Assembly: GCF_009914755.1 (NCBI RefSeq)
Contig: NC_060932.1
DNA from: the human T2T-CHM13v2.0 reference genome, Homo sapiens
Reading direction: 5' to 3' (one strand)
Length of the DNA stretch: 64,000 bases
Every line of letters begins with the position of its first letter. The stretch's first letter is position 1. The notes beneath the pieces are model-generated. The model made no database searches, was not told the origin of the DNA, and worked only from the letters and a program-made list of their open reading frames with translations. Both the position numbers and the translations under genes were made by a program. Of this stretch, positions 1 through 13,668 are shown piece by piece.

Positions 1-315
1 TGTAGGTAGCTATTTATGAAGAAGGAATTTTAATTATCCTCATTTTCAGATGAGGGAACTGAGGCAGAGAGAGGGGAGGTGACCCATCTTCAGAATCCTT
101 CTTCACCACAACATTATACTGCCTATGATAGCAGGAGTAACAATGATGATAGCTTATATGTAGTGAGCACCTGAAATGCACTGGATGCTTTATCAATGGA
201 ATAGGAAAAAGGAAACTGTTCGTGTAAAGAAAAACAAAAAATAAAAACAGCTTGTAGATGTCCATATTTTAGGTGAGAAATTCATCTCAGAGGTACATGG
301 TGTTTTAATGTATTC

Positions 316-476
316 CAGTAGTTTTCAACCCTAGCTACACTTTAGAACAACCTGGGGACCTTCTAAGCAATAGCAATATCTAAAACCTACCCCAGACCTG
401 GGTGTGGAACCCAGATATCAGTAAATTTTTTAAACTTTGCAGATCACTCTTGTGCCCAGCGTGTTGAGAACCACTG
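316..476. mobile_element. MER5-type hAT-Charlie MITE
   Basis: Terminal inverted repeats cagtagttttcaa ... ttgagaaccactg. Confidence 0.7.
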
Positions 477-739
477 GTTTACTTCGTTCAAACACACTTA
501 GGATATTTTTCAGTTGTGAACATGATTGGAAAGAAAAAAAATTGTCAACAAAGGAAAATAAATATTATACAATAATTTGGAGACTTCTTCAAAAAGAAAG
601 AAGAGTCGGGGCCCATAGAATAGGCAGAAGATAATATTGGGAAAGAGCTCTAGTCCAGGTGGAGACACTGAAGATCCAACAACAGGACAATAGGTGAGAC
701 CCTGATGGGGAAGACGGCATGGAAGGTTGCAAAAAGTGG

Positions 740-1170
740 ATACAATACTTCACTACTTCTGTGGCCATGTCCTTTGCAATACGGCTTTGGAGCTTCTCCC
801 ATTCAAACATGGTGTCTATTTCCCCTTTCCTTGAATATGGGCTGACCCTGTGACTTGCTTTGACCAGCAGAATGCAGTGGAGTCCCAGTTCAAGCCCAGG
901 TCTCAGAAATCTTGCATCACACTCACTCACCATGTCCACAAACAAGCCTAAGGCTCATCCGCTTCAAGTTGACAGACCACATGAACCAGAGCCCAAGTGT
1001 CCCAGCCAAGCCTCCAGACATGTGAGAGGGTCCCAGCAAGATTAGCAAATGGACCCACAGTTCATTGAAGACCCATATGAAAATCCAGCAGAAGCTGGAA
1101 GAGCCACCCAGCTGATCCTAAATTGCTAATACACAGGATTGTGATAACTGAGTTTGGGGATGATTTCAGG
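740..1170 (+). mobile_element. MaLR LTR (MLT1-type), degraded
   Basis: Characteristic tcccctttccttgaatatgggctgaccctgtgacttgctttgaccagcagaatg block; boundaries approximate. Confidence 0.6.
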
Positions 1171-2253
1171 ATGGTTATGTCGAATTAGCTAAATGGCCAG
1201 TGAGAAGGTGGAGAGACATAAGAGGGTAATGTCTAGCACTCAGTTTTAAGTTGTTATCTGATCTGGGCTGTAAACCCCCTTAAACCACCCCAAATAGGCC
1301 CAAATCTTCCATAAACACACAACCCTGGTGAATGATGCCTTTCCTAGTACATAGTGGAAGGGGAAGAAGAGGGAATACAGAAGGGAAGTCGTGGCAGGAA
1401 AGATGCAGAGGGGGCTTCACAGCTCCAAAGAGGCAGGAAACCAGGGTGGGAGGTTATCAGGAAGGAAAGCAAATCCCCCACAGAATTCCCAGAGCAGTGA
1501 GGGAGGGGAGATTGGACAAGCCAGAGCATGTGGAATGGGCCTTGGGTGAGTCTGTTGGGATATTAAAGAAAAGGGTGACACTGTCAGGCTGGAGGGCTAG
1601 AAACACACCTGCAGCAGACCCTTGCATCCAATCCTCATACCCACCATGACAGGGAGAGATTTATCACCCTCATTTTATAAGTGAGAAATCCAAGGATTGG
1701 AGAGGTTAAGTAACCTCCCCAGGATAACTCTCCCGGGAAGTGGTGGAACCAGGTGTGCCTGACTCAAGCTCTCTGAGTAGATCTAATTAGCTGGTCAGAG
1801 TTCTGAATGTTTTTTCCCGGAACTCCAAACTCCCAGGCCCTCACTGCACTAGTGAATAGCGCGGAGGGGCGGGGGAGGGAATAACAGGAAAAATAAAGGA
1901 AGAAATTGTCAACAAAGAAAAATAAATGTTGTACATGAATGTGGAGACTTCCAAATTCTTATTTGAAGCGTGAATAAAGTGATCCCAAATCCTCAGATCC
2001 AGATTCTCCCATCCCAATCAGCCGCCTGAGACTTTTCACTCCAATGAGCACTCCTATTGGCTTCCTTAATTTCCCCTCCACTGTTTTCAGCAGAAGCCAG
2101 TGTGTCAGCTCCTGTGCTCACAACGTCCTCCCCCACCTGGCGGCACTGGTCCTCCATCAGGAGCTGAGAAGCAGCCTGGGGTCCCATGACTTACTGCAGT
2201 TACCCAATTCCTCCTCCCCAGAGTTTGTGCTCTGCTCCAAAGCGCAGAGAAGC

Positions 2254-2439
2254 CACACACACACACACGCTCACACACACGTACACACACACACCCTAAC
2301 ATACACACACCACACACATACACTCACCACACACTTCCACACACACCACACACTCGCACACACACATACATACAAACACTCATACACACACACTCATACA
2401 AACATACACACACACTCATACACACATACACACACACAC
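2254..2439. repeat. Degenerate (CA)n microsatellite
   Basis: About 185 bp of interrupted CA/TA repeats. Confidence 0.9.
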
Positions 2440-2604
2440 AAGTGTTTGCTGCTCCTCACGTGGTACAGTAGGGAAAACCACGACACACTCGGGGTCACAG
2501 GGAGCATCTGAACCGAGAAGAGCCCGCCCCACAGCTCCTGCTTCCACCCCTCTCTGCGGACACAGAGTCAAAGTCATGTGTGTATCCTGGGAATTTCCCC
2601 CCTA

Positions 2605-3037
<433 letters not shown>

Positions 3038-3039
3038 TC

Positions 3040-3700
3040 ATTATACCGCCCCAGGTCGCCCGCAGGTGGGAAAGCGGACAGTTAAGCCCATTTCTTCCCC
3101 ATCTGCTCGGGTTTTGTCTTGAGTATTTCGCACAGCTCCCCCATCCGCCCTCTGGCGCTTCAGAGTCTGGAGGAATCCCGAGCTGCGCCTCCCTCTCCCT
3201 GCATCCCTGGCAGAGAATTTCCCCTCCCAGCGCGGGGGAGCCCATCCCTGAGGACTCGGGCAGGTCACATGAGAATTGGTAGAAAGTGAAGCGCCTTTTC
3301 CTCGCGCTGAGGGCAAAGCCAGTGTGCAGCCGCCTGTGGGTGAGGAGCTTTTATGACAATGAATCCCGTGTTTTATGGGAGGGCAGTGTGGAGACAGCGC
3401 GGGCCGAGTCCCTGGGTTCCGGGGCAAGACTGTGGGCGTCTCCCGCGGTGACTCAGAGATGCTGCCCTGCCTCACACCATCTCGCACCATCTCTGTGGAG
3501 GCCGTGACCTTCATTCACTGCCGTCTGTCACTGGGGGGTGACCTCGCAGTTGTCAGAGCCCCCTCTCCTGGGGCTCAGGACTGGGATCACCCCCGCAACC
3601 CGGCGCTTCCAGCTTCATCTCGGGGCGCTCTGTTTACTCCTCCCAGGCCTGTGCCTGAGCTGCCGGCTACCTTAAAAGGTCCCCTCGGAGCTTCTGCGCT
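3040..3700. promoter_or_regulatory. Orphan CpG-rich region (candidate enhancer or non-coding promoter)
   Basis: Many CpGs in non-repeat GC-rich sequence. AP-1 TGACTCA at 3449-3455, M-box GTCACATGA at 3264-3272, CTCF-like motif at 3145-3158. Confidence 0.55.
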
Positions 3701-5314
3701 TCCCACACACTTCCTATTGCTAATAGCTGAGGCTGAGCTTAGCACGGCTGCTTGCAGGTTAAAGACCAGGGCCTGCGGGGCCAGCTTTCAGCAGGCAATG
3801 AGGACCCCACTTACAGCCACACACCTACCTTAAGGGACCGCCTGGGTTCCCTCATATCCAGTGAACTGCCAGCCCTACTTCCAGCCCTCCAAGTCTGGAA
3901 AATCACAGGAGGGGAGGGAGAGGGGCCCAGAGGGTGTAGTTGGGAATCCCTGGCTTGGAATCCAGAAGGGCTGGAGTTAGAATCCTGTCCTTTCACTGAG
4001 TGTCCTGGGCTAAGTTATTGAACCTCTCCTAGCCTCTTGGTAGAAGGGAGACTCTACTGCTTGCCTCGCGGGGTTGTGATGAGATAAAGGGGCCACAGAG
4101 AGTAGGTGTGAGCTCCATCCACCCATGTGGCAGGTCAACTCCACCTATGTCTCTAGAAACTGAGGTCAGGGCTTCAGCCCAACCCCTTTCTGTTGGTGGA
4201 GAGTGAGGTGAGCTATTTCTATCCCCTTTAAGCCTCCACTCCCCATCTGTGGGTTGGGGGTGCACCTCGTGATTTTTCAGCCTTCCCACAATGGCAGGAG
4301 GTCACGCAGCAGCCCTGAGGTGAGGACACTGCGTGGCTCAGGTGAATATGGTACTCGCTGTACCCGCCAAGCGCTAGATAGAGGGGACCAAGGCAGGCTT
4401 CAGGAAGAAGAAAGGCCTTTTGGGCCTGAAGTTTGCAGGATCCCAGATGGCAGGCACTGGGGTACGGGAGGGCCTCAACCCTTAGCAGTGCCTTTCCCAC
4501 CAGTTCCCAGATCCCTTTTGGAAAGTGGCCCAGTGCTCCCGCCTCTCCGCTGGCACTTATTAGGGGCTTCTGAGTCCGTGGGACCTGGGATGGCTTTGGG
4601 GCCTTGAATGTCTGTGATGTTTCCCCATCAAGGCCCCAGCCTCGGGCCTTCAAGCCGAGAATCCACCAAGGTCTCTTTGCAGCAGCTCCCTGGGCTCCTC
4701 TGGGTTGCCCCCTTCCTCCAGGAGGGAATCTGCCAAAGGGACAGGCTCCTGCTCTCTGGGCAGGAACAGAGCCCATTGTCCTCTCCATCCCCTCTGGTGA
4801 TTCCAGAGGCAGGCAGACCCAGGATCAAAGGCTGCTGACAAGCTGTGGGATTCTGGGCAAAGTACTCAACCTCTCTGAGCCTGTTTCCTCCCCTATAAAA
4901 TGACAATCATAGGCGCCGTGAGATTTCCATGAGATGATACCTGTGTCAGGACCCAAAGTAAGTGATTGGCAAATGATAGCTGTTATTTCATTGCGTGGGG
5001 ACATCTGGGAGGAGCGAGAAGAGTCACAGCCAGTTACAGAGCAGAGAACACTGGACTGAGAAGCAGATCTGAATTCAAGCCCAGTTCTGCTACTTAATAG
5101 CCGTGTGTCGTTAGACAAGTCCCTTGACCTCCAACCAATGGGAAGAACAACGCGTCTCTCAGCACAGTTGTGACAATGCCTGTGAAAGCACACGGTGTCC
5201 AAGGGCTGCCAAAGTCAGGCATTGTTTCACAGACTCAGAATGTGACAGCGGCAGGAGGCCTTGCACACATCTTCACAAGAGCATGTAGCATGCCTGATGT
5301 AATGTCACGTCCCT

Positions 5315-5432
5315 GAATCCCTTGAACCCCGGAGGCAGAGGTTGTCGTGAGCCGAGATCACGTCACTGCACTCCAGCCTGGGCCAACAGAGCAAGACCCT
5401 GTCTCAAAAAATAACAATAATGATAATAATAA
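5315..5432 (+). mobile_element. 5'-truncated Alu (right-arm 3' part)
   Basis: gaatcccttgaaccccggaggcagaggttg...; TSD taatgtcacgtccct / taatgtcatggccct. Confidence 0.85.
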
Positions 5433-6013
5433 TAATGTCATGGCCCTCTAGCACAGAGCCCCGTGCATAATCAAAGCTTGGTAAATGTTCGTTTTTGAAT
5501 TAGTTGATTTAGCCCAACTCTTTTCACTTTATAGAGGAAAACTAAATTCTGAAGGACAGAGGAGACCAAAATATTTATGGAAGAGCTGAGGCTGCACCCC
5601 AGATCCCCAGTTTCCGGCTTCCTGGTTCACATTCTAGAAAATACTTCCCTCGGTACCAGGAGACCTCCCACTTCCCATCTCATCAGTCCCAGCTTTTTTT
5701 GCACTCAGTTTTCAGATTATTAATCCCCAAACCTGGTCTTCTGCGAAGCAAGGCTAGCCTTTGAGATCAGAGGATTAGGAAGCCACTTCAAAGCTTGAAA
5801 GGCCCAGCCCCCATATCTTTCCATCCCCAGTCTCCCCAGGCCAGCAGCTGTCAGATACTCAAGAGTTAGCAAAGCAGGCACCTGGCCAAAGTCATGCCGA
5901 TACCTGCCTGGCCACATAGCCAGACCCTCTCCTGGGTGTCTACAGGGACTTCCAAAGCACAGCTCTAAGGGGGTAGTCATGGCAAATTTAGTGTATCAGG
6001 ATGAGGAAACTGA

Positions 6014-6274
<261 letters not shown>

Positions 6275-6574
6275 TGAAAAACAGAGTTCTTTCTACCTCC
6301 AGGAGCCTTATCAGCCTTTGTCCCAAGGTTTAGGACAGTGCTCATTAAAGACCTGCTCTGTCAAAATCTCCCATGAAGTCTGTACAAGAACATTGTTCTT
6401 TTTATTAGCATAGAGGAGCATTTCCCAAAACATGGTCTATGGAACATGAATCCTGTGAGATGCAGCTGAGGGTTTTATGGACAAACAGGTATGAGAAATG
6501 CTGCACACTATACCTCCCGGCCCGAAATTCACAAAGCAATATCAATAGCTCTAAGAACGTTCAGTGAAGAAAAG

Positions 6575-6744
6575 TAGTAGGTGTCTATTGCTTGGCCTGC
6601 CCAGCAGTCCTTTCTCCCTCCTTTGGTAACAGCATTCAGGTTTTCCTTTGGGGAACAACTCCCTCCCTCCCACCCACCATGACCCTGCATTTCATGTGGT
6701 CTGATTTGTTGAGACCATTCAGCGACAATGCTGCCTCATCCTCA

Positions 6745-6802
<58 letters not shown>

Positions 6803-7090
6803 CCACCTGCAGGCCCCTAGCCAAATGTGGTAACCAGTGCAGAATTACATGCTCAAAAAAGATTACTGGAACTGAATCTCTCAGATCATAGCACTCTTAG
6901 AAGCTGTCCGTAAGTTCCTGTTACTAAGACTCCTAAATCTTTCCCAGATCCTGTACATCCAGTGATTTGATCGTTCACCTTTTCCTTTAATTCCTATGAA
7001 CTATCTAAAATTATTCCAATCATTTTCTTTTTTTCCTTAAGTTTGTCTCTCTCAGTTGCTGTTGCTTGCAACAATGAACTCTAGTTGATG
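6575..7090 (+). mobile_element. Old ERVL/MaLR-type LTR containing a (CA)n tract
   Basis: The 3' end gttgcttgcaacaatgaactctagttgat is typical of old MLT1/LTR33-like LTRs. Confidence 0.45.
6746..6800. repeat. (CA)n microsatellite
   Basis: About 27 CA/TA units. Confidence 0.95.
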
Positions 7091-7934
7091 AAAGAAACCA
7101 ATTTTTCACAAGCAAAAGATAATGAAATTGGACCCTTTCTTATTCTATATGCAAGAATTAACTCAAAATGGATCAAAGACCTAAACATAAGAACTAACAC
7201 CATAAAATCTTAGAAGAAAACACAGAGAAAGTCTTTGGCAGTGGTTTCTTGAATATGACACCAAAGGCACGAGCAACAAAAGAAAAAATAGATCAATTGG
7301 ACTTCATTGAAATTAAACTTTTGTGGCTCAAAGGACATTATCAACAAATTGAAAAGGAAATCCACAGAATGGGAGAAAATGTTTGCAAATCATGTCTAAT
7401 AAATAATTAATATTCAGAACATATAATGAACTCCTACAACTCAACAATAGCAACAAAAAACAAATGACCCAGTTTAAAAATAGGCAAACGATTTGAATAG
7501 ACATTTCTCCAAAGGAGAGATGCAAATGGCCAGTATGCACATGAAGAGGTGTTTGACATCGCTAATCATTAGGGAAATGCAAATCAAAACTATAATGAGA
7601 TACAACTTCACACCCAATGGGAGTGATTATTATGTATTTTTAAACAAAAACACAGAAAATAATTGGAACGTGCGTACATCGCTGGTAGGAACAGAAAATG
7701 CTGCAGCCTCTGCGGAAAACAGTATGACAGTTCCTAAAAAAAAAATAAAATTGGAATTACCATAGGATCTGGTAATTCCACTTCTGGGCCCAAAAGAATT
7801 GAAAGCAGGAACTCAAACAGATATTTGTACAATGTTCATAGCAACATTACTCACAATAGCCAAAAGACGGAAGTAATCCAATTATCTGTCACCAATGGGA
7901 TAAGCAAAATGTGGCAAATACAATGGAATAAGTT

Positions 7935-8060
7935 TTTTTAAGATTGAGAAGGAGTCTCGCTATGTTGTCCAGGCTGGTCTCTAACTCCAGAGCTCAAGCA
8001 ATCCTCCCACCTCAGCCTCCCCAGTAGCTGAAAGTACAGGCTTGTGCCACTGCTCCCAGC
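7935..8060 (-). mobile_element. Alu monomer (FLAM/FRAM-like) inside L1
   Basis: gagtctcgctatgttgtccaggctggtctctaactcc...ctcagcctccccagtagctg. Confidence 0.8.
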
Positions 8061-8383
8061 TGGAATAATATTTAGCTTTTAAAATAAAGGACATTCTGAC
8101 ACACGCTCCAACTTGTGTTGGATGCATTATGCTAAATGAAAGAAGCCAGTCACAAAAAGACAAATATTGTTTAGGTACGTGGAGTAGTCAGATTCATACA
8201 AACAGAAAGCAGAATGATGGTTGCCAGGGGCTGGGGAGAGGGCAAAATGGGGTGTTATTTTATAATGGGTATAGAGTTTCAGTTTGAGATGATGAAAAAT
8301 TTCTGAGTATGGAAGGTGGTGATGATTACACAACAATGTGAATATACTTTAATGCACAAAACTGTACACTTAAAAATTGTTAA

Positions 8384-8662
8384 GCTGGGCACAGTGGCTT
8401 ATGCTGGTAATCCCCATGCTTTGGGAGGCCAAGGCAGAGGATCATTTAAAGTCAGGAGTTGAAGACCGGCCTGTGCAACACAGTGAGACCCCGTCTCTAC
8501 AAAAAAATTTAAAATTAGCCAGGCACAGCAGTGTGTACCTGAAGTCCCAGCTACAGAGGAGGCTGAGGTGGGACCCCACAAGTTCAAAGCTGCAGTGAGC
8601 TATGATTGTACCACTGCAATCCAGCCTGGGTGACAGAGTGAAAACCTGTCTCTCAAAAAAAT
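8384..8662 (+). mobile_element. Alu (AluJ-like) inside the L1 3'UTR
   Basis: gctgggcacagtggcttatgc...gctgcagtgagctatgattgtaccactgc. Confidence 0.9.
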
Positions 8663-11600
8663 TTTTTAAGTGATTACAATGGTAAATTTTATGTTCTGTG
8701 TATTTTACCACAATAAAAATAAGAAAACCATTTTGCTTTCTTTAACCTAACTTTCCCTGAATTATTTGACCATGGAAATCCCCCTTTTCACCAGAATTCA
8801 CATGAATATAATACAACAGAGAGCAAGGGTCCCAGAGAACACACTTGGGAAAGGCTGGCCTGTGGCATTGTGACGGGACCTTCAAGGATAGAAACCCCAT
8901 GGTGGCACAGGGTGAGGCACTCACTGCAGGTGGAGGAGAAACACATTGGACCGGTCATTAGGGAAGGAAGATACCTGTATCTCACTCAGTAAATTAGCAT
9001 TCGAGGGAGAGCCTAGAATTGCAGAGGGCAGGGAAGACATCTTCTTCTCTGCGTTTTGACATTATGATATCTATGAGGTAGCTTCTGAGTGGGAGTTCTT
9101 AAGAGGAATCCCCTATTGGAGGCAGAATTGGAAGCTTGCAAACAAATCCAGGCAGGAGGCCTGAGATAACATGCCTCTCAACATATGGCCCAAGAGGTAG
9201 GGGGCTAAGTACCTCTGATACTGTAGACTGTATTGTTTACATGCCGAATACAGGTTGCTTAGCAACCTCAGAACTGAATAAAGGCTTTTTGAAAATTTTA
9301 GCCTGTTCTCAGCTGCTAAGGGGAACTCCTTTGGCCAGGGAGTTTGGTTCATCCTTTGGCCAGGTCATTATGGCTGGATTACCCATGAGAACATTACTAA
9401 GGCTGCCCAATGGGAGGACAAAAATTTAGGATAATAGAGTAGAAGAGTCTCTGATTAGATAGCGGGTCCCTACTTCCAGAATTCCTCCCAGGACAAATCT
9501 CTGAAGGCTCTTGGTTTTCATCTGAATAAAGAAAATAATAAAATATAGCTAAAAGTTTTTGAGTTTTCATTATGTGCCGGGGAAAGCGCCAAGCACTTAG
9601 TACGCATTTTCCATTTATTCCCCTGAAAAAAACCTAAGAAGTGGATTACTTTTTAATTCATTTATTCAAATTCTCCATTCAGATGAAAAAGCTGAGCTTT
9701 AGAAAGATAAAATTACTTGCCCAAGTTACCCAGATGGGAGCCAGTGGAGCCAGGATTCAAATCCTGGCAACTGGATTCCAGAACCCACCCTGTTCATTGC
9801 CACTTTATCCCATCTTTTCAGCCACCCTCCCACACACCTCTACAGTCTGCTTCTTCCTTCTTAGTAGCAAAGCAGGTGGATTCTTCCTGTCCACTTCTGT
9901 CTTTTTTCCTATACTGAGAATTTTAACTTGGAGCACCTGTGAAACCCTAGAGGCCCATTTATCTGTTGGCAATGTTCTCCTTTTAAGCTGGGGAATGGAC
10001 CGTGTCATCTTCAACCAGAGTTTTTTATGAGTCAAACATCTTCCTCTTCAGCGTGTAAAATGGCATTTCTTATTGCCCAGTCTGCAGAGAGTCTCAAAGA
10101 CGTAGTAAAGGAAATCAAATGAAGAGTTTCCTTCTCTTGCTGCCAGAAGAGATAGAGTTGGCATTTTCCCAACTGCTAATGTTTCTAAACTGGCTTTATA
10201 TGTTCCCAGGGACAACAATCAAGCCCAGTCCAATAGGTCAGCAAACTAGGTGAGTGTCTACCTGCATGCTGGAAACAGGGCCTAACATGGGGGTGGGCAC
10301 TGAGGTACCCACTGCTCCCGAAGATCTCTTTCCTGTGCCAGCCAAATACATGCCTGTCATTCTCCCTCAAACACTGGTGAATGAATTGAAGTGCAAACAA
10401 ATCCTTATGCCACCTCATATGTGCATAGCACTTTAATAACCCTGCAGAGATTCGAATGCCCTTTAGAGATTACGAATCATTTTTACTTATCTCAGTCTTA
10501 AAAACCCTCCAAGGCAGGTATCAGTATTCTTACTTTATATAGGAGGATGTTAAAGCTCACTCATAGTTAGCAAAGACAGGACTAGCATCTAAGGCTTTCA
10601 CCCAAGCCCAATGTTTTCTGGATGTAGAATTTAGCACTCATCTCTTACACAATTCTTTCACCTGGCAGAAGTCTGAAGCTGGGACAAGTAAATTTTGGTT
10701 GGTGCCCTAAGAAGAGCCACATCTGGATTGTGGAATAAGGACAAGAAGGAAGGGCCAAGCAAGAAGACCAAAGAGCCTGTCTCTGCAGAGCTGGGAAGCG
10801 GGGCAGCTGCCTGATCCTGATGTGGAGCCAAGAGACCGCACTACACGCTTGTGGGAAAGACCTTGAGCTGGGATCTGGAGCCCCAGGTTTCAGGCCAACT
10901 GGGCTACTGAGTCGCCTAGAGCACATCACGCTTGTCAGGGCATCATTTTCTCTCTGTATGAAAAGGATTTGGGGGATCTGACATCTAAGATACTCTCAGG
11001 CTCTAACAAGCTTGAGTCATCTTTGGGGGTCAGTAGGTCTGCGTGTGCTTCCATGTGACAATGAGAGCTAAATAAACGTCAGCTCCTTCCAGCCTCATCA
11101 ACATCATCATCTCGGCTGTGACTCAGATCATCCACACATGATGAGTAAACAGTGCCCTTTGCACTGTGCTGCATGAAGCCGAGCGTGGGGGCGGTGGTCA
11201 CAGTCGAGGCTGCCTGCCTGCCTCCCTGGGTTGCAGATTTATGGCATGGCAGTCCTTGTCGAAAAGACATCTGGAGGGCCTGGCTCTACCTATTTTTCTC
11301 CTACCCAGCTCAGAGGTACTTTTGCCCAGTCACTCCTCAAATAATCCAAGCTCCTCACACTGCTGTTTCCAAGTTTTGAAACACATTATGGCAGGCCACC
11401 AGTTCCATTTTATTAGCAAATAGATGAGTCACAGGGCCATTTCCTTTGGATTTTTAAGTAAGATTTCCACTTCTACCTCACTGTCTTGTCTGGCCTGATG
11501 TTTACAAAGAGAGAGGTTGCTACTTTCAAATACATGTGATTTTTAGTCAAATAAATCCTAACTGCTTGAGCTGCACCACCTCCAACACTGTTCCTTGCCC

Positions 11601-11714
11601 ATTTCCTGATGTCATGCATTTGCCCTTCCTCTGTGTCTGTGGGTATGCCAGAGAAGTAGGAGTTCCCCCATTAGATACTTATTTTAGAATATCTGCCATC
11701 TGGATGGGATGAAG

Positions 11715-12110
11715 ACAATGTGGCGTATTGCCACAATGGAATACTATTCAGTCATCAAAGAGAACAAAATCACGTATTTAGAAGCAAGATGGGTAGAACT
11801 AGTAGCCATTGTTTGAAGTGAAGCAACTCAGAAACAGAGACAAATACTGCACAGTCTCACTTATAAATGGGAGCTAAATAATGTGTACACATGGACGTAG
11901 AGAGTGGAATTATAGACCATGGAGACCTGGAAGGATGGGGAAGTGGGAGGGGGGTGAGGGATGAGAAATTACTTAGTGGATACAATGTACTCGATTTGGG
12001 TGAGGGATACCCTAAAAACCCTGACTTCATAGCACTCTGCAATATATTCATGTCACAAAATTACACTTGTACTTCATAAACTTATACAAATAAAAATTAA
12101 TCAATAAAAT
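11715..12110 (+). mobile_element. L1MA-type 3'UTR fragment
   Basis: cacaatggaatactattcagtcatc...ctcacttataaatgggagctaaataatg...gggtgagggatgagaaattactt, with an A-rich end. Confidence 0.85.
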
Positions 12111-12173
12111 AGCTGCCATCTGCACTGCAATTATTCCCTACCTTTAATCAAGACTGGCTTAAATGTGTATGTC

Positions 12174-12596
<423 letters not shown>

Positions 12597-13051
12597 TCAA
12601 ATTATCCACACGGTAATTTCTCCAAGTCAAGCAACTGCCTTGGGGCCTCTGAGTGATACTAGCAAGAGTACTTCTCAGTCCTCCTGCATTTTTACTTTTC
12701 CAGAAGCCTGACAGTAAGGGGGTAGTTTCTCTACTTCCAATGGAGTGGTTTAAAACGTTAATACAACAGAAGATACAAGAACATTTTTGTTTTATTTGAG
12801 CATGATCCCAGTAAAACTGAAATAACAATTACTTGTCCTGAGTTCCAGAAAGGGCATGCTCTAGGATACTCACCTTCCTTGGTAGATGCTGGAATAAATA
12901 AATAAGACTGACAGCATACCCATTTTTGGAATATATGTATTGAAAAGTGGAGCAAGACAAGAGTCTCATTGATATTTGTTTTACTAATTGTAGTACTCTA
13001 CTTTTCCTTTAGCTGTGAGCCCCCTCTCTCCCACCTCTACCCTATTCCCCA

Positions 13052-13190
13052 ACACGTGCACGCGCATGCACACACACACACACACACACGCATATGTGCA
13101 TGCACACACACACACGCATACGTGCATGCACACACACGCGCATACGTGCATGCACACACACACACACGCATACGTGCATGCATACACACG
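13052..13190. repeat. Compound purine-pyrimidine alternating repeat (CA)n / CATACGTGCATG
   Basis: 139 bp of uninterrupted R/Y alternation with a ~24-28 bp higher-order unit. Confidence 0.9.
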
Positions 13191-13668
13191 ATCACCTGTA
13201 TGTTCCTTCGCTAAAAACCTCATGTCCTTGGTTTGCATATGTTATTTTTTCCCTAGCTGCATGACAAGAAAAACAGGTGGATAATATTTACTTCCTCATT
13301 TCCCCAGGGTTGGACTGGATGATTTACTGATGGTTAGGTAGAGTCTCTTGTCGTTTTGTGGCTGTCTCCTATCCAGTCACACGACTGGACTCCATATCTT
13401 ACTCCAGCGCAATCTTGTCACCAGGGCCTTGGCCAGGGCTTGTGTCTGGCCAGAACGGCTCCCTTTCTCTCCTGCTGTCATTTTGTGTTGCTCTCTGGCT
13501 ATTGTGGGCATCAGGCCTCACCACTTTATGTGCACTTCTCACAGAAAACCTTGAATGCTGCTGGACACGTGTGCTAAGTCCAATAAGCACAGCAAATGCA
13601 CATGCTGGGCTGAGGCTGCCCCTGACGAAGGACTTCCTTCCTTCTGCCTGAAATGCCTTACTCACTAC

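Larger units (their letters stand above)
7106..8720 (+). mobile_element. L1M-type LINE-1 3' portion (end of ORF2 plus 3'UTR), interrupted by Alus
   Basis: aattaactcaaaatggatcaaagacctaaac..., ORF2-like [33 protein letters not shown]; TSD-like aagaaaccaatttt / aagaaaaccatttt. Confidence 0.88.
6417..8857. mobile_element. Old hAT-Charlie-like DNA transposon split by nested insertions (pieces ~6417-6570 and ~8735-8857)
   Basis: Inverted termini agcatttcccaaaacatggtctatggaac ... cagagaacacacttgggaaaggctg. Confidence 0.5.

Noticed and set aside
2044-2511. 155-aa His/Thr-rich ORF
   Set aside because: It is a translation of the (CA)n tract, with no coding hallmarks. The same applies to the ORFs over 6746-6800, 13052-13190 and 40736-40866.
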